From the IMG/VR virus record IMGVR_UViG_3300033153_012589, positions 1 through 27,011 of that record: 27,011 nucleotides of DNA. One strand, written 5' to 3'. The notes under the pieces were generated by a model. That model was not told the origin of the DNA, did no database searches, and saw only the letters and a list, made by a program, of their open reading frames with translations. How positions within the stretch are numbered: the stretch's first letter is position 1; the number at the start of each line of letters is the position of its first letter. Origin of the DNA: a virus (lineage: Duplodnaviria > Caudoviricetes). Below, piece after piece: positions 10,732 to 18,610 of the stretch. The translations under genes were made by a program, and so were the position numbers.

Positions 10732-11034
10732 ATGTCGTATAAATCACCAACAGAGATCAATTGGAGTAAAGGATTTGATGGAGGAGTATCATATATCAAT
10801 GAAGTTTCTCCTTATGTCATGAACTTTATATTGATAGGAGTTTATATCTTTGTGCTTTGGGCATTCTCAAAAAAGCAGGATGATTTCATTGGAGGTCTTG
10901 CTGTTGCAGGTTTCAGCATTTTCCTTGTTGGTTTGATCATGTGGATTGCAGGATGGGTTTCTTGGATCACATTTTCATTCTGTCTTGGTGCAGTGATCAT
11001 TGGAGTTGCAGCAATTCTTATTGATGGAAAATAA
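10732..11034 (+). CDS. Small 3-TM membrane protein
   Basis: ATG 10732 after GGAG; three hydrophobic segments. Confidence 0.78.
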   Translation: MSYKSPTEINWSKGFDGGVSYINEVSPYVMNFILIGVYIFVLWAFSKKQDDFIGGLAVAGFSIFLVGLIMWIAGWVSWITFSFCLGAVIIGVAAILIDGK

Positions 11035-11035
11035 T

Positions 11036-11083
11036 TGGATACACTGTATCCACTTTTTAAACTGTATCCACTATTATTTAAAC
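11036..11083 (+). promoter_or_regulatory. Capsid-gene promoter with TGTATCCA operator-like repeats
   Basis: Palindrome TGGATACA-C-TGTATCCA (11036-11052); ACTGTATCCACT at 11043 and 11061; then TATA-like TATTTAAA. Confidence 0.62.
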
Positions 11084-11189
11084 TCTTTTTGTGTGAATTT
11101 ATTATGCGAGTGAAAACTCAAAAGATGAGATTTAATCTCATGAGAAAAGAGGAGAGATTATCTCCATTTGTAAGGGGGTTTTTTTAATA

Positions 11190-11513
11190 ATGAGAAAAGA
11201 TCTTTTAAAATCGCTTAAGAAAGACAGAGGTGTTGCAGGAACAACAGTTTTTCTTGGATTAATTGTATCGCTTTTTGTGATTGGTTTGCTTGTCATGATT
11301 TTTGCATTAATGGGTGGATCACTTCAAGATGCAACAGATGACACAACAGCAATTGAAGTAATCAATGATACAACAGTTGCGATTTCTTCTGCCACTGACT
11401 TCTTTGATCTGTTTATTGTAATTGGTGCAATGGTCGTGTTAATTTTATTAACAGTGATCATAATCGTTGCAATTAGACAATCAGGAATGATGTCGTCTGG
11501 AGGAACTGCTTAA
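11190..11513 (+). CDS. Putative major capsid protein, spindle-virus-type hydrophobic helical hairpin
   Basis: Basic leader ending in G (KKDRG|VAG), two long hydrophobic helices, short acidic linker with NDT sequon. Architecture resembles fusellovirus VP1/VP3 and His1-type capsid proteins. Confidence 0.72.
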   Translation: MRKDLLKSLKKDRGVAGTTVFLGLIVSLFVIGLLVMIFALMGGSLQDATDDTTAIEVINDTTVAISSATDFFDLFIVIGAMVVLILLTVIIIVAIRQSGMMSSGGTA

Positions 11514-11548
11514 GATCTTTGAACTCTCATATTTTTCTTTCAAAGAAA

Positions 11549-12115
11549 ATGAGAAATATCAAAGATCTTAAAAGAGAAAAAGGTGTTGCAGGAACAACAA
11601 TTTTTCTTGGATTGATTGTATCGCTTTTTGTGATTGGTTTGCTTGTCATGATTTTTGCATTAATGGGTGGATCATTGAGAGATGCAAGTTATGATGCAAC
11701 AAGTGTTGCTGTATCAAATGAAACAGGATTTTATATGAATGGAACAACCTATGCTGTCACTAATGCAGGTGCAAATGGTTTCACAAGTTTTGCAGTGACA
11801 TCAATTGTTGATACATTTACAAATGTAACACTTTTGAGTGGAAATTATACTGTCGGAACAGCAGGAACAATTGTGAATGCAACAGCAGATGCAAATTCAA
11901 CAGCAGAGCATTATGTGTCATATACTTACATTTATAATGCAGAGAATACTGCGACAGAAACAATCAATGAAACAACAGTTGCGATTTCTTCTGCCACTGA
12001 CTTCTTTGATCTGTTTATTGTAATTGGTGCAATGGTCGTGTTAATTTTATTGACAGTGATCATAATCGTTGCAATTAGACAATCAGGAATGATGTCGTCT
12101 GGAGGAACTGCATAA
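11549..12115 (+). CDS. Capsid protein paralog with an 83-aa glycosylated insertion between the helices
   Basis: ATG 11549 preferred over TTG 11519. Both helices are near-identical to 11190-11513. Insertion carries NET, NGT, NVT, NYT, NAT, NST. Confidence 0.72.
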   Translation: MRNIKDLKREKGVAGTTIFLGLIVSLFVIGLLVMIFALMGGSLRDASYDATSVAVSNETGFYMNGTTYAVTNAGANGFTSFAVTSIVDTFTNVTLLSGNYTVGTAGTIVNATADANSTAEHYVSYTYIYNAENTATETINETTVAISSATDFFDLFIVIGAMVVLILLTVIIIVAIRQSGMMSSGGTA

Positions 12116-12122
12116 TCCAATT

Positions 12123-12162
12123 AATTTATTTTTTTTCTTTTTTTCTTTTTTTCTCTTATTTT
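12123..12162 (+). terminator. Oligo-T terminator after the capsid genes
   Basis: Successive T runs directly after the stop at 12115. Confidence 0.7.
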
Positions 12163-12237
12163 CAATTAAGGTTTAGATCAGATCTTCTGAAAGAATGCAG
12201 GAGGATGGATCTGTGAAGGCCTTTTTTCTATGTATCC

Positions 12238-12277
12238 AAACATTTATTAAACATCCTATGTATTAGTTATGTATGGA
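12238..12277 (+). promoter_or_regulatory. Promoter/operator near-identical to 318-356
   Basis: AAACATTTATTAAACATCCTATGTATTAGTTATGTATGGA differs from 318-356 by one indel and one substitution. Confidence 0.8.
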
Positions 12278-12422
12278 TGCAAGAACAACAGTGCAGATTG
12301 AAAAGAAAATCCTTGAGCAAATGAGAAAAAGAAAGATTTATCCTCGTGAAACTTATAATGAACAAATTAAAAGATTGATGAAACTTGAAGAGATGTTGAA
12401 AAAAAAGAGGAGTTTGCAATGA
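12273..12422 (+). CDS. Ribbon-helix-helix DNA-binding protein (49 aa; not in the ORF track)
   Basis: MDARTTVQIEKKILEQMRKRKIYPRETYNEQIKRLM has the TTxQI...ETY.E.I.RL pattern of small archaeal RHH proteins. Leaderless position after TATA; ATGA overlap with the next ORF. Confidence 0.78.
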   Translation: MDARTTVQIEKKILEQMRKRKIYPRETYNEQIKRLMKLEEMLKKKRSLQ

Positions 12423-12634
12423 GAAGAGATAAATCACAAGAAAGTGGAAATGTTATAAGATGGTTTGAAAGTGAAAAAGCAACAGCATCTCTTGTGAAGG
12501 GCGACTTTCCAAATGAGAGAGAGTTAAGAGTATCATCAATAAAAGGATCAATAAAAGCAAGAGGAGAATTTAAAGATATTTCTAATAAAAAATTGAAAGA
12601 GCAAATCAAAAGATTGATGAGAGGGATCAAATGA
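12419..12634 (+). CDS. Hypothetical protein
   Basis: ATGA overlaps on both sides. Confidence 0.7.
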   Translation: MRRDKSQESGNVIRWFESEKATASLVKGDFPNERELRVSSIKGSIKARGEFKDISNKKLKEQIKRLMRGIK

Positions 12635-12891
12635 ACAGAAAAATAAGGATCAAACAATTGAAGAAAGAATTAAAAGAAATGGAAGATCAAGGAAAAGCAA
12701 CAAAGAAGGTTGGTTTTATTGGAGGCCTTAAGAAATCTGTCGTGATCTTCGGTAAGAGTGCAAAAACAGTTGCCTCTGCAATGGGAGATGCAGGAAAGAC
12801 AGTGCTACATGATCCTCTGACACAGAAAAAAAACTATCCTCAAAAAGAAACTTATGATATTAATGAAGTTTTAAGGAGATTGCCACAATGA
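12631..12891 (+). CDS. Hypothetical protein
   Basis: ATGA overlaps; ends RLPQ. Confidence 0.7.
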   Translation: MNRKIRIKQLKKELKEMEDQGKATKKVGFIGGLKKSVVIFGKSAKTVASAMGDAGKTVLHDPLTQKKNYPQKETYDINEVLRRLPQ

Positions 12892-13521
12892 ATTTCAGAG
12901 AAAGATTTGGAAAGATGACTTGTGGAGAAATGAAAATCCACACAGAACAAAAAAGAGCAGAAGAAGATTTGTCAAAGATCTTAAGAAAACAAAGAGAATT
13001 GGAAAAAAGGAAAAAGTTGCAGGAAGAAATTAAAAAAATGTTGCAAGGGAGGTAAAATAATAACATGGGATTAACATTTAAAGAAAATGAGAGATTAAAA
13101 AAGATATTAAAAAAATTGAATAAGACAGATCAAACTATTTTAAAAAGATTGACAAAAAAATCATTTTTGAAAGAAGAAATTAAAAAAAGAAGAAAATAAT
13201 AATGGCAAAGAAAAAAACAAGATCATTTGAAGAGTTAGAAAGAAAATTAAAACAAATGAAAGCAGGATCATCAGGAGAGAAAAAAGTATTAAAAGCAATT
13301 CATGATCTTGAAAACTTTGATGATGGATTGGGAGAATATTCATAATGGAAATTAAACACACACCAAGAGGATTGAAACAAGACATGAAGAGAAGATCCAA
13401 GCAGGATTGGGAAAGAGGTAGAGGTGCGAGAAGAATATCAAATCCAAGATATAAACCTGTGAAAAGGCATGACAAGAACAAGGTTTTGAGAAAACTTTAT
13501 GTTTTGAGAAATAGGAAATAA
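12888..13521 (+). other. Four short basic ORFs below the track cutoff: 12888-13055, 13065-13199, 13202-13345, 13345-13521
   Basis: Translated by eye; tightly packed ATG-start ORFs of 55, 44, 47 and 58 aa, the last Arg/Lys-rich. Confidence 0.6.
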
Positions 13522-13691
13522 CCCCCAATTTTTAACAATACTTTGAAAAGATGATAATTTATAAACTTAATGCAGAGGGGTGACGCCTGTATTTCCAATG
13601 GAACTCTAATTTTCCAAAAGTAATTCTCACACAATTTGTCACTTAAAAATCATAAGAATTATTTAAAAAGAAGTAAAAACTTTGACTACCC

Positions 13692-14621
13692 ATGAAAAGA
13701 GCAAAAAAGTTTTTACTTCTACATATACTAAAAGAAATCAAAAAAGGATCTTCTCCATCCAAAATTCTTAAGAAATTTAATATCTCTAAACAGAATTTAA
13801 ATTATTATCGTCGGCAATTGGAAAAAAAAGGGTGCATAATTAAGAAAGGATATGCTGTCTGGGAATACATAAAACCCTTAATTAGTAGTAAAAAAGAAGT
13901 AAAAACTTTGACTATAAGGCACTCCAAGAAAAAAGAGATTAGAGGTCATGCTTTTATCTGGAAAATTCAATTTTATAACCCTCTTTTATGGGAAGAAATT
14001 ATCAAAAATTATCACAAGAAATCTTTAAATTTTCAATTTATGAAACACAATAAACAATTCAGATTAATATTCCAAAACAGAAAGATTTGGTTAGGAAAGA
14101 AAGGAATGACTATTTATGAGGCCTTTGATTTCAGGGCAAGATCTTCTTTTCAATCAAAAGGAAAAGCAGTGTTTGAAATGGATCTATTAATAAAAAATCT
14201 TCTCAAGGAATTAAATTTGAAATTCAGACCTTACAAATTCACAACTTCAAGAGAACATTATGGAATTATGAAACATGAATTAGCAAGGCAATACAATAAA
14301 AGAAAAGAGAAGATGAAGATCATATCAGAAGATGGAGATGTCTGGATGTGGATTGATGACAGCAAAGGGTTAGGAGAATTAGAAAATAAAGATCCAACAA
14401 TAAACAGGCAAGTTCAGAATTATTGGAATGATCATAAAAAACATAAATTTGAAGTTAATGCAGATTTTATTCTTAAAGGATTTAACAAGACAACAGGAAT
14501 GATCAAACAGAATGCAGAGCATCTTGATTTTCATGCAAAAAATATGAGAACTCATGTTGAGGCAGTGCAGGAATTAGGAAATGCAGTGAAGATCTTATCA
14601 GAAAAAGTGGAGAAATTATAA
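13692..14621 (+). CDS. N-terminal winged-HTH protein with uncharacterised C-terminal domain; candidate replication initiator/regulator
   Basis: SPSKILKKFNISKQNLNYYRRQLEKKGCI is wHTH-like. Own promoter; 24-bp repeat upstream and inside the gene. Confidence 0.65.
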   Translation: MKRAKKFLLLHILKEIKKGSSPSKILKKFNISKQNLNYYRRQLEKKGCIIKKGYAVWEYIKPLISSKKEVKTLTIRHSKKKEIRGHAFIWKIQFYNPLLWEEIIKNYHKKSLNFQFMKHNKQFRLIFQNRKIWLGKKGMTIYEAFDFRARSSFQSKGKAVFEMDLLIKNLLKELNLKFRPYKFTTSREHYGIMKHELARQYNKRKEKMKIISEDGDVWMWIDDSKGLGELENKDPTINRQVQNYWNDHKKHKFEVNADFILKGFNKTTGMIKQNAEHLDFHAKNMRTHVEAVQELGNAVKILSEKVEKL

Positions 14622-14819
14622 ATGAAAAAAGAATTTAAATTAATTGAGAAAAAAAGATATGCAAATATGCTAAATTCTAATTGTGAATGGGTATATCCAG
14701 AAGAAGACATCAAAGAATTTATTAGATTAGAGATAGAATTAATTAATCAATTTGCTTGTAGTCAGATTACATTATTAGAATTAAAACAAGAAAGAGAAGA
14801 TTTGATAGGAGATTTGTAA
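14622..14819 (+). CDS. MKKEF...GDL cassette-family small protein
   Basis: C-terminal half nearly identical to 15589-15777. Confidence 0.72.
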   Translation: MKKEFKLIEKKRYANMLNSNCEWVYPEEDIKEFIRLEIELINQFACSQITLLELKQEREDLIGDL

Positions 14820-14995
14820 TGGTAAATGAGATAATATTGAGAGCAGAAACAGAACTTGTTGATAATGCAGCAAGAGAGCAACTTGAAAAGGTTTGGAGGA
14901 GGATAGATGTTTTAAATGATAGAACAAAAAATCACACCATTCAAATTAGAGAATTAGAAAAAAAGATCAAGAAATTAAAATCTCACACAAAATAA
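14819..14995 (+). CDS. Small coiled-coil protein (58 aa; not in track)
   Basis: TAATG overlap; MVNEIILRAETELVDNAAREQLEK... Confidence 0.6.
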   Translation: MVNEIILRAETELVDNAAREQLEKVWRRIDVLNDRTKNHTIQIRELEKKIKKLKSHTK

Positions 14996-15031
14996 GAACA
15001 TTTATAAATGCTGTTTAACTATGTTTAACTA
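14981..15031 (+). promoter_or_regulatory. Promoter with tandem operator
   Basis: TCTCACACAAAA, AACATTTATAAA, then TGTTTAACTA twice (15012-15031) directly before ATG 15032. Confidence 0.68.
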
Positions 15032-15154
15032 ATGAAAACAAAAACAATTGATTGGAAAAAAACAGATTTTGTGACTATTGTCGCTGTTGCAGGTTGGGTT
15101 GCTTTCTGTATTATTTTAATCATGGCATTAATTTACTTGAGATTTTATCATTAA
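15032..15154 (+). CDS. Small single-TM protein (40 aa; not in track)
   Basis: MKTKTIDWKKTDFVTIVAVAGWVAFCIILIMALIYLRFYH; leaderless position. Confidence 0.6.
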   Translation: MKTKTIDWKKTDFVTIVAVAGWVAFCIILIMALIYLRFYH

Positions 15155-15177
15155 GATCTCTGGAGAAAAAAATAAAA

Positions 15178-15387
15178 ATGGGATTAGATGAATATACAAC
15201 AATAATTGAAGAACTTGAAAGAATGGCCAATATTCATGAAAGAGTTGAAAGTGGAGATGCAAGAAGAAGTTATGCTCAATATGTTGATTTAATCGTAGAG
15301 CAAACAGATTTTAGTTTTGCAGAGAAATCAGATTTAAGACATTATTGGAGGGGTTTGATTAAAAAGAAAGGGCAAGAGGATGAGTGA
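15178..15387 (+). CDS. Hypothetical protein, paralog of 18607-18792
   Basis: ATG 15178 preferred over TTG 15052; shared AR..Y.QYV.LI....D.S..EK..L...W pattern. Confidence 0.72.
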   Translation: MGLDEYTTIIEELERMANIHERVESGDARRSYAQYVDLIVEQTDFSFAEKSDLRHYWRGLIKKKGQEDE

Positions 15388-15410
15388 GAATAATTAATGG
15401 AGGATTTGAA

Positions 15411-15587
15411 ATGAAAAATAAAACAAAATTAAAAATATTAAATTGTTTTACATTTATATTTATTACAAGTTTTTTTACAAGTTTAGTATGGATTTGCAAT
15501 CCTAATGATTTTCAAGTAAATTTAAATGTATCTCCTTTATTATTTATGTGGGGATTAGTATTTAGTTTTGTGGTTGTGAGAGAATGA
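15411..15587 (+). CDS. Small 2-TM protein
   Basis: GGAGG then ATG 15411; two hydrophobic segments. Confidence 0.65.
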   Translation: MKNKTKLKILNCFTFIFITSFFTSLVWICNPNDFQVNLNVSPLLFMWGLVFSFVVVRE

Positions 15588-15588
15588 A

Positions 15589-15777
15589 ATGAAAAAAGAA
15601 TTTAAATTAAGTGAGAAGAGATTTACTTCAAAATGTGGATGGGATGTTGTTCAAACTGAAGACATCAAAGAATTTATTAAATTAGAAACAGAATTGATTA
15701 ATCAATTTGCTTGTGGTCAAATTACATTATTAGAATTAAAACAAGAAAGAGAAGAACTCACAGGAGATTTGAAATGA
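15589..15777 (+). CDS. MKKEF...GDLK cassette-family small protein (chimera)
   Basis: 5' half identical to 16525 ORF; 3' half similar to 14622 ORF. Confidence 0.72.
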   Translation: MKKEFKLSEKRFTSKCGWDVVQTEDIKEFIKLETELINQFACGQITLLELKQEREELTGDLK

Positions 15778-15989
15778 AAAAAGAAGAATTTAAATTAATT
15801 GAGAAAAGAGAAGGATTAAAATATATCCTTAAGGAATTAGGAATTAGTAATGTTATTATTGAAGTAGTTTTAACTCATATTAAACAAGTAGACAAAGAAT
15901 TTATTAAGAGGTTGAAAGAGTTGAATTTTAATAAAAGAAGATTTAGGGTTATAAATGATATTGACAAACTCACAGGAGATTTGAAATGA
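15774..15989 (+). CDS. MKKEEF...GDLK cassette-family small protein
   Basis: ATG 15774 (ATGA overlap); ends IDKLTGDLK like the 16525 ORF. Confidence 0.7.
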   Translation: MKKEEFKLIEKREGLKYILKELGISNVIIEVVLTHIKQVDKEFIKRLKELNFNKRRFRVINDIDKLTGDLK

Positions 15990-16109
15990 AATTCAGTAAA
16001 GAGATGAGGATTTTAAGAAGATTAGGAAGGTGTAAATTTCGTTCAATTAAGATGATGTTATTTAAAAGAGAAATAAAGTTATTAGAAAAGAGAGTGAGGG
16101 AGATTTAAA

Positions 16110-16286
16110 ATGAAAAAAGAATTTGATATAACAGAAAAAGATGTATGTATTGCAGAATTGAAAAAAGAATTTAAATTAAGTGATGAAGATGAACAAGATG
16201 AATTACAAGCAATATCACAAGATGAAGAAAATAAGATTTGGGAAGAGGAACAAATTAGAAAAGAGTTTAAGGGAGAAATAAAGTAA
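16110..16286 (+). CDS. Acidic MKKEF cassette-family small protein (58 aa; not in track)
   Basis: MKKEFDITEKDVCIAELKKEFKLSDEDEQ... Confidence 0.6.
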   Translation: MKKEFDITEKDVCIAELKKEFKLSDEDEQDELQAISQDEENKIWEEEQIRKEFKGEIK

Positions 16287-16291
16287 TCAAA

Positions 16292-16528
16292 ATGAAAAAA
16301 GAATTAAAAACTTTGGAAGATATTGAAAATGAATTATTGAGAACTAAAAAGGATTTTTCATTTGTTTTTGGATTTATTCAATTAAAAGCAGAAGCAATTA
16401 AACGATATATATTTTTTACAAGAAAAATGAACCAATATTCTTCTAAAAGTGATAATTGGTTTTATTTTAAAGGAAAGTGTGATGAATTAGTTGAAAACTT
16501 CAATTTAACAGAAGAGGATTTGAAATGA
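16292..16528 (+). CDS. MKKE...EDLK cassette-family small protein
   Basis: ORF with the shared start and end motifs. Confidence 0.7.
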   Translation: MKKELKTLEDIENELLRTKKDFSFVFGFIQLKAEAIKRYIFFTRKMNQYSSKSDNWFYFKGKCDELVENFNLTEEDLK

Positions 16529-16752
16529 AAAAAGAATTTAAATTAAGTGAGAAGAGATTTACTTCAAAATGTGGATGGGATGTTGTTCAAACTGAAGACA
16601 TCAAAGAATTTATTAGATTATTGAAAGAGGATATTGATATTTTAGAGGATAAATGGAGTTGGTTAATTAAACCAGATTATAAGAAAGTCCATTATAGGAT
16701 TTTGACTGATTTAAAAGAAAAGATTGACAAACTCACAGGAGATTTAAAATGA
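16525..16752 (+). CDS. MKKEF...GDLK cassette-family small protein
   Basis: 16521-16615 is identical to 15585-15679. Confidence 0.72.
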   Translation: MKKEFKLSEKRFTSKCGWDVVQTEDIKEFIRLLKEDIDILEDKWSWLIKPDYKKVHYRILTDLKEKIDKLTGDLK

Positions 16753-16958
16753 GAAAAGAAATTAAGAAATGGGGAAATGGTGCAGGACTTTTCTTAAGTA
16801 ATGGAGAACTTAAACTCTATGGTGCAGGAATTGGAGATGTTGTGGATCTTGGAGAAATTGTTGTGATTAAGAAAAAGAAGAAAGAAAAGAAAAAGAAGAA
16901 GATCAAGAAAAAGAAAAGTGAGAGTGTTGATGATTTCATTGGGAGATTGCCAGAATGA
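16749..16958 (+). CDS. AbrB/MazE/SpoVT-like DNA-binding protein with poly-Lys tail
   Basis: IKKWGNGAGLFL...GDVV matches the KWGNS...GD.V swapped-hairpin pattern. Confidence 0.7.
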   Translation: MRKEIKKWGNGAGLFLSNGELKLYGAGIGDVVDLGEIVVIKKKKKEKKKKKIKKKKSESVDDFIGRLPE

Positions 16959-17211
16959 AAGAATTTGTTGCAAAAATTAAAAGAAAAAAAGGTTATCTTT
17001 ATTTTGTAGATAAGGAAGGATCTGTTTGGTGTAAAAAATTAAATAGAGGAACAACTAAAAAAGCAAGAGAAAAAATTAAAAAGAAAAAAGAGGAGAAATA
17101 TTTTTAAAATGAGAATTGAGATCACTGAAAAGAAATGCAAAAAGCACAAGTGGTTTAAAAAATATTCAGATCAGGATGTTTGTTGGAAATGTGACGCATG
17201 GAGAAAAAAAG

Positions 17212-17685
17212 ATGAAATTTGAAAGAATTATAAAATTTGGGATGCCTTTTGACAAAAGAAATAATAATCCAAAAAAGAATTATGGGATAAGATCAATGAG
17301 CATAAGATTTATTTTGAAGAAAGGACAAAAAGCAGTTCAAATTGTGATGAACACAAAACTTTATCTCCCAGAAGTAATTGATGAATTTTATTTAAATAAT
17401 AAAGATATTTTTTTGAAAAAATTTTGTGATGGAAATAGTATTATGGGATCTTGGAAAAATCCTTTTGAATGTTGGGATGTTGGGTATCATAGCAATAAAC
17501 AATTTTTCAAAGGACAATCAGCAGGGGATTGTGATATATTAAAGGAAAAGAAATGCTTTTATGATGGATCTTCTTTAAGAGGTAAGGAAGATAAAATTGC
17601 AGAGCAATTTCTTGAGAAAGGAGAAGAATTTATCTGGGAATATTTAGAAAAATATTATAAGGGGATTTTTGAAAATGCAAATTGA
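17212..17685 (+). CDS. Hypothetical protein with Cys/His motifs
   Basis: ATG 17212 preferred over TTG 17116; DVGYHS...CD......CFYDGSSL. Confidence 0.7.
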   Translation: MKFERIIKFGMPFDKRNNNPKKNYGIRSMSIRFILKKGQKAVQIVMNTKLYLPEVIDEFYLNNKDIFLKKFCDGNSIMGSWKNPFECWDVGYHSNKQFFKGQSAGDCDILKEKKCFYDGSSLRGKEDKIAEQFLEKGEEFIWEYLEKYYKGIFENAN

Positions 17686-18175
17686 GATCACTGAAAAGGA
17701 AAAAACTGCATTGAGCATCCTTTTAGGATTAAGACAGAAATTTGCAAGAGAAAAAAAAGATCATCAATCTTATTCTGCAAATGAACTTCACAGATTATTC
17801 TCTGAATTAATACTTAAGATAAATAAACAAGAATTAAGGTTATTGGACACAATCCATCAAATAAACACTCCTACAAGGCCGAGAGGATACATTTGGGGTG
17901 TTGTAGATGAGGCCATTGAAAGATCAAAGATCAAAAGATATGATTGGAATGGTGTTTTTGGAAAAAGTTTGACACAAGAGATCCTTTTATTGAAAAAAGA
18001 TGGTTTAGGAGTTGGAAGAACATTTGAGGCCTTGTCAAAAGATGAGAGAGTTTTGAAATTCATTGAAGATCATAAAACAGAAAAGAAAAAGATCCTTGAA
18101 AATTTAAAGATCTCTGTTCATGCAAGATTTGGTGAAACTAAAACTGCACAGAAAATCATGGAGGCCAGAGAATGA
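17675..18175 (+). CDS. Hypothetical protein
   Basis: ATG 17675; overlaps neighbours. Confidence 0.72.
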   Translation: MQIEITEKEKTALSILLGLRQKFAREKKDHQSYSANELHRLFSELILKINKQELRLLDTIHQINTPTRPRGYIWGVVDEAIERSKIKRYDWNGVFGKSLTQEILLLKKDGLGVGRTFEALSKDERVLKFIEDHKTEKKKILENLKISVHARFGETKTAQKIMEARE

Positions 18176-18366
18176 GTGAGATTGATAAATTAAAGAAAGA
18201 AATTAAATTATTAAAATTAAATATGTTTTTTACATCAGCAGCAAGAACAACAATAGATGATTTTAGAAGGGGAAAATATGGGATTGGAGATAAAAAATAT
18301 TTTGAAAGAGAATGGGAAAAATTAATGGAGGATGCAGAAGAATTGGCATTATTAGAAAATGAATAA
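18172..18366 (+). CDS. Hypothetical protein
   Basis: ATGA overlap. Confidence 0.65.
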   Translation: MSEIDKLKKEIKLLKLNMFFTSAARTTIDDFRRGKYGIGDKKYFEREWEKLMEDAEELALLENE

Positions 18367-18610
18367 ATTTGTTTATTTCTTTTTATTGTTTTCAATTATT
18401 GCATCTTCTTTTTTTGCAGGATCTTTTTTTACATTTGGAGGCCAAGATCTTGAAGATTGTGAAATCTATGCAGCAGTTTATGATGAATTTCCCAATGAAC
18501 ATTGTGATAAAATCGTGATCAGGATGTTTGTCAATCTAATTATTTTTTTAATTGATTGGATCTTATTGATTTTCTTAACAACAAAAGGATGGAGGAAGGT
18601 AAAAGAATGA
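18359..18610 (+). CDS. Small 2-TM protein
   Basis: Two hydrophobic segments around a loop with two Cys. Confidence 0.68.
   Translation: MNKFVYFFLLFSIIASSFFAGSFFTFGGQDLEDCEIYAAVYDEFPNEHCDKIVIRMFVNLIIFLIDWILLIFLTTKGWRKVKE

Noticed and set aside
11190-12115. Ordinary type IV pilins or archaellins
   Set aside because: Both proteins have a second long C-terminal hydrophobic helix, and no pilus assembly ATPase/platform pair is evident. A capsid hairpin fits better, though this is unproven.
13570-13592. Hairpin ATGCAG...CTGTAT as a second tRNA or ncRNA
   Set aside because: Only one short stem and no cloverleaf. The GGTGACG shared with 23404 is too short to support a call.
15052-15177. Cys-rich N-terminal extension (CDYCRCC) of the 15052 ORF
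   Set aside because: It has a TTG start and overlaps a better leaderless ORF at 15032-15154; the paralog alignment supports ATG 15178.
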